From Atractiella rhizophila (Eukaryota), in the NCBI GenBank assembly GCA_021432655.1, contig MU271219.1, positions 62,001 to 126,000 of the forward strand: a stretch of 64,000 nt of DNA, in the 5' to 3' direction. Numbering within the stretch: position 1 is the first letter of the stretch; each line of letters opens with the position of its first letter. Positions 58,901 through 64,000 of this stretch are shown here, one piece after another. The translations under genes and the position numbers were made by a program. Under the pieces are notes generated by a model, which was not told the DNA's origin, ran no database searches, and was given only the letters and a program-made list of their open reading frames with translations.

Positions 58901-60663
58901 GATGACGGTTTGGAGAGCACGGGACAAGAGGATGTTGGCCTTTTGAACGAGAAACGGTTCCGCCATGCGACAAAAGATGCAGCGCAAGTGCCGGACGGCG
59001 TCATGACGTATTTAGCCGTGACCCCAAACAAAAAACGCGTCGTTCAATTCGGTTCAATAATTACTTGGGCTCTCCTCAGGCTATCCCAGCTCTCGCAGCG
59101 TATGCGTCTTGGCACCTGAACTTCAAGGTCGACTTTGACCCTCCTCAGCTGTCCCATAATGGACTGTCCGTTTCGCACGCGTGAGGTCAAAACAGTAGTA
59201 TAATACGAGAAGGGAAGAAAAGTAAGGCCGCCATCCAATGAGACCAAACGTGCAAATAGAGGTAGAAATAAACTCAACCCTTTCCATTCAGGAGATATCA
59301 AACGGCTTTGCTAGAGCAATCTAACAAGAACTTCTGTCTCTGACAAAACGTTGCAGCAAACAAATATTTCATGTCATAAAGCGTGGGCAGATAGATAGTA
59401 GAAAGAAAGGTCACGCGCGTGTTGAATCATATCAAAACACCAGCTTAACATATCCAGACTGCTCAATTGCCACATTCTAATCGAAGACCTGGTCTTGGTA
59501 CATAGACAACGTCTAAATTGCTCACCATTATATCTCCCTTCCCACACCTTCACATCAACTGAATCATCCACCTTGGAATCTCCTCGCCGTACCTCGGTGC
59601 GTAAATGCTCAGATATTGAAATCGAGGCAAATATGTCATGCACTGTTTTTAGTAGGCAACGCTTCTTAGGGTTAGGGATAGGCAGAGTGAGTGTGCAGAC
59701 TTAACATTCATTGCACCGTTTGGAAGGATTCCGGAAGGTCGTACTTTAGCCAGTTTAGGTCTTGGATTCGATGAGAAAAGAACATTAAGTGAAATTGAGC
59801 AGTTGCCGGTTGTCAAAGGTAGAAGGAGGTGTGCCTTTCCTTTCGAGCTCGCTCGACAACTCTTCGTAGTCTTGCATTCCAAGGATGATGAAAATTATGA
59901 TACCTTGTCCCCTTATCCATGTATGGTTCGAGAAGAGCGCAAGAGGCAGCGAATAGCACCCTGCCCATCTTTGTACGAGTGTGACCTTGACGAGGAACCA
60001 CCGACTAGATGAATGGACATGGACAGAAAGAGCTAGAGTCTTGAGCTCGCCCAGCTCTTTGTCGGATACCCAAATCCAACCACGTCTAAAATTGTTTTCG
60101 TGGTCTTGCAGCAAAGATCATGTCATAGTAGGAGTGACGGCTTCAGGTTCAAGTATAGGGTGCGCTCCTTACCCTAGAGAGCGACATAAACATGAACGGA
60201 GAAAAGACCTTTTCACTGACGAACCAAAGCTTCCACACTGTACAAAATGTACGAGGTGCTAAGGGAGACATGGTGAGGTTTATTAAGTGACTGCGGAAGT
60301 ACTTCGAGCAAGGGAAAATACCAAAAAGTCCCGTAGATACCTTGTCGTCAACACATCAGGCCGATGGCTTCCTTATGTGGCTTTACTCATCGCTCTCTGT
60401 GCCCAAGATGTTAAATTCAAAATAAGCCATTCAGCCTCGGCGTTTAGGTACTCTAACACCTAAATTCCTAAACCTCGCACCTGTTTGCTCTACAGAGGTC
60501 TACACCTGCTTACACTCCATGGAGTTGGAGCTCTAAGCTCAACGGTTCAAGTGGACTTCTGTCTCTCCAACCACCTCTGCCATCGCCTATAAAAGCACCG
60601 GCACCATCTGGTCCTGATTATCTGCATTGAAAGCGGCCATTTAGCAATCTTCTTCTTCAAAAC

Positions 60664-61636
60664 ATGTCAAACTCAACGGCTTTTGTCCTTGTTCCAGGTT
60701 CTTTCTCCCCGGCGAGTTTCTGGGACAAAGTTGTGCCTCTATTGCAGAAGGAAGGCCATGAAGTGCATCCGTTCCAACTTCCCAGCGCTGGCGAGAGAAA
60801 AGGAAAGCCAGCGACTTTCGAAGATGATGTGGATGGGATTGCGTCGTTGATATCGAGGCTGGCAGAGGAGCAAAAGGTAATTTCTCGTACCTTGGTCGAT
60901 GCATACCATCTCTGATGTGTCGTCTGGTGAGACAGGATGTAGTCCTGGCTCTGAATTCTTACGCGGGCTTCCCAGGAACCGAAGCAACCAAAGGGCTTAC
61001 AAAAAATGAACGTGCGAAGGAAGGGAAGAGAGGTGGACTGGTCGCGCTTGTCTATGTTGCCTCCTTCCTGCCACGATCTGGCTCAACTCTTGCGTCTACG
61101 ATGGGAGAACTTATTCCGGACAGTATGGCAAACTGTCCTGTGAGCGATACGCTCCGCAGCCAAACGCCATCTTATAACTATTGATAGGATGATTACATGG
61201 TGCAAGGACCAGAAGCGTGGAAGTGGATATTTCCTGACTTTTCAGAGGAGGACGGTGCGCAACGTTCAACCCTGTTGATGTTTTTTTTCACTGACCTTCA
61301 CATGAAGCAAAGCGCTATTTTAGCATGATGCCTAATCACTCCTCGAAGTCATTCCATGGAAAATTGAACCATGTGGGATACAAGTTTGTACCCACCACTG
61401 TGTTCGCCCCTCGAGATGACAACGTTATTCCTGCTGCTCTGCAAGACCGTGAGTCTCCATGCACTCGACCTTCAAGTGACACAAGCTGAGAATGTGGGGT
61501 AGAAATGTTAAAATCGGCAGAGGACGATGGAATTCACATCACCAAGATTCTTCCAGAAAAAGGAGGACATATTCCCATGCTCACCATTCCGGAAGAGTTA
61601 ACGAGGGTGCTTGTTGGAGTAATAAAATCTGAATAA
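60664..61636 (+). CDS. Alpha/beta hydrolase (methylesterase/Abhydrolase_6-like), multi-exon
   Basis: FVLVPGSF, nucleophile elbow LNSYAG, LVYVASFLP, DDNVIP...Q, GGHIPML..PEEL. Confidence 0.85.
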
Positions 61637-61834
61637 GCGCACAATGTATTATCATTTGCAACGGAATACTGAGACTGCCAACACACAGCGAGATTTACGA
61701 TCAACTAACGAATGTCCGAAATGATGAGTAAATAGTCACAAAATCCTGAAACCAAAGAACCCTATGGATCAACAATGTATGGATGATTCTCCGACGACTC
61801 CGTTCTGAGTATGCTCGTCATTGTCCCGCTGAAG

Positions 61835-62983
61835 TCAGACAACAAAGGCGACGGTGCTCTCCATTTCTGCTAAATGTCTAATCATCTTGAGCTCTGATTG
61901 AGTGGGCTGAAGACATACTGTGGCATGATTGCCTAGGTTCCAGCCAATTGAATCCGGGGGATCATCATCAGCCTCTTCGATAATCGACGAAACATCCTCA
62001 ACAACTGTAGTCGTTGAACTCCCGCTGGTTGAAGGTGAATTCCCCTCTAGTTGTGATATTTGAGCCTGATTGACAGGATGCTGGTTCAAAGGTAACCTCA
62101 GTTCACTATACGGAGGGTTATAGCGCCAAGGAACTTTCACCTGGAGTCGGGTGTATTCGAGTTCAAAATTGTCTACTGCATCCGCGATATATCTCGCTCT
62201 CCAAGCAACATGTTTCAAAACTTCTAGAATTCTGCGCCAACCATATGCATTGACGGCTGGGAAAAGAGTGGAAGTACGAACTTGGAGACGGTCTTTTCAT
62301 GGCCAGGATATCTCTCCATCCAATGAGCAAGATAACCCCAATCACCTGGCAGCTGTTTCAATGAGTTCAGCGGGTAACAAAATTCTAACACGACATCAGC
62401 ATTTCGACCTTCCACCTAACCCTCAAATGCGCTGACCTCCATGGAACTGTGCGGAAACTACAAGCCTCTTCTGCTGAAGATTCTGAGTAAGTGTGAAGGT
62501 CGAAAGTAAAATGACAATGTGGATCTGGGCATCTGACATTTCCTGCAGAGATTTTACGGCGGCTGCGATGATTTTGCTGTCAGTGAAATTAGCGTAGCAA
62601 GATTTTGCGAGTCGTAGCGCCATGAAAGTATGGCTCGATTGCATCGTCACCAAGATGCGAGTCATTCCGATGTCCTCGTCACCCAAAGCCGTGCGAAATG
62701 CACTTGGTTCGGAAACAGAGAAGTCTGGGTCTTGGATCAATGTTGCGTAATTTTGCCGCCAGTGATGATAGTGCTCAACGACGGCTTGTAACCGGGAAAG
62801 CCTTTCCTCCACTTCGCTCTGAGTGGTTGCCGGTTGGCGAGTATAGTCCGCTGTAGAGAGGTGTTGGGTCAGGAATACTTAACCACGCTGCAATGAGAAC
62901 AAACCAATCGTGAGTATATATCGTTTAATACCCATGAGGTGTCCCCAGGCCATCTCTTGAGCCATGTCTTGCGACATGTCATC
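61835..62983 (-). pseudogene. Degenerate coding remnant, possibly the C-terminal region of a KDZ-type transposase
   Basis: Collinear broken ORFs in helical, charged sequence (KHVAWRARYIADAVDNF; QSELKMIRHLAE). Catalytic motifs not seen. Confidence 0.25.
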
Positions 62984-63723
62984 NNNNNNNNNNNNNNNNN
63001 NNNNNNNNNNNNNNNNNNNNNNNNNNNNNNNNNNNNNNNNNNNNNNNNNNNNNNNNNNNNNNNNNNNNNNNNNNNNNNNNNNNNNNNNNNNNNNNNNNNN
63101 NNNNNNNNNNNNNNNNNNNNNNNNNNNNNNNNNNNNNNNNNNNNNNNNNNNNNNNNNNNNNNNNNNNNNNNNNNNNNNNNNNNNNNNNNNNNNNNNNNNN
63201 NNNNNNNNNNNNNNNNNNNNNNNNNNNNNNNNNNNNNNNNNNNNNNNNNNNNNNNNNNNNNNNNNNNNNNNNNNNNNNNNNNNNNNNNNNNNNNNNNNNN
63301 NNNNNNNNNNNNNNNNNNNNNNNNNNNNNNNNNNNNNNNNNNNNNNNNNNNNNNNNNNNNNNNNNNNNNNNNNNNNNNNNNNNNNNNNNNNNNNNNNNNN
63401 NNNNNNNNNNNNNNNNNNNNNNNNNNNNNNNNNNNNNNNNNNNNNNNNNNNNNNNNNNNNNNNNNNNNNNNNNNNNNNNNNNNNNNNNNNNNNNNNNNNN
63501 NNNNNNNNNNNNNNNNNNNNNNNNNNNNNNNNNNNNNNNNNNNNNNNNNNNNNNNNNNNNNNNNNNNNNNNNNNNNNNNNNNNNNNNNNNNNNNNNNNNN
63601 NNNNNNNNNNNNNNNNNNNNNNNNNNNNNNNNNNNNNNNNNNNNNNNNNNNNNNNNNNNNNNNNNNNNNNNNNNNNNNNNNNNNNNNNNNNNNNNNNNNN
63701 NNNNNNNNNNNNNNNNNNNNNNN
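62984..63723. other. Assembly gap
   Basis: Run of N. Confidence 1.
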
Positions 63724-64000
63724 GTGTACGAGATCCAATCACTCTCATTCTGTATGTCGCTCACGCAATAAGCGAGCACGACGGGTAGTTCAACAGAAGC
63801 CACTGCAGGAATATTTCAATTCAGTTATTGTTTGGTGGAAAGTAAGAGCGAACTGGATAGCATATGATCTCCCAAAGAAGATACCATATGCGTACCACCT
63901 AAGCGGTTGTTTATGGAGCTGTCCGCGAGGTTGAGGACCTTGATGACTTTGGAGTGCAGAGCTCCGGTGCTGTTCGTAGACGACGGAGCACGACGATTCG

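Overview
Intron-rich fungal genomic DNA, most likely a basidiomycete: introns are ~50-60 nt GT-AG with CTRAC branch sites, and there are three N gaps. Apparently intact ordinary genes include a GNAT acetyltransferase, an F-box protein, nucleoporin Nup57/Nup54, a BOR1-type anion transporter, NDUFAF5, an amino-acid permease, an SDR and an alpha/beta hydrolase. These are interleaved with accessory DNA: a Crinkler-type gene with three tandem N-terminal domains plus nuclease-like and kinase-like domains, a duplicated kinase-like gene, several F-box/LRR-like genes and pseudogenes, and a mannose-6-phosphate isomerase fragment. The most striking feature is a ~7 kb GC/CpG-rich island (17.8-24.8 kb). 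It holds a decayed gene reading zinc fingers - tyrosine-recombinase-like motifs - RecQ helicase - zinc knuckle, facing a convergent TET/JBP-like 2OG-Fe(II) dioxygenase exon. Its repeat-rich ends recur in inverted orientation, right end next to left end, at 43.1-43.8 kb. I read this as a candidate mobile element that may be undescribed. All family assignments come from manual motif recognition and no searches were run.
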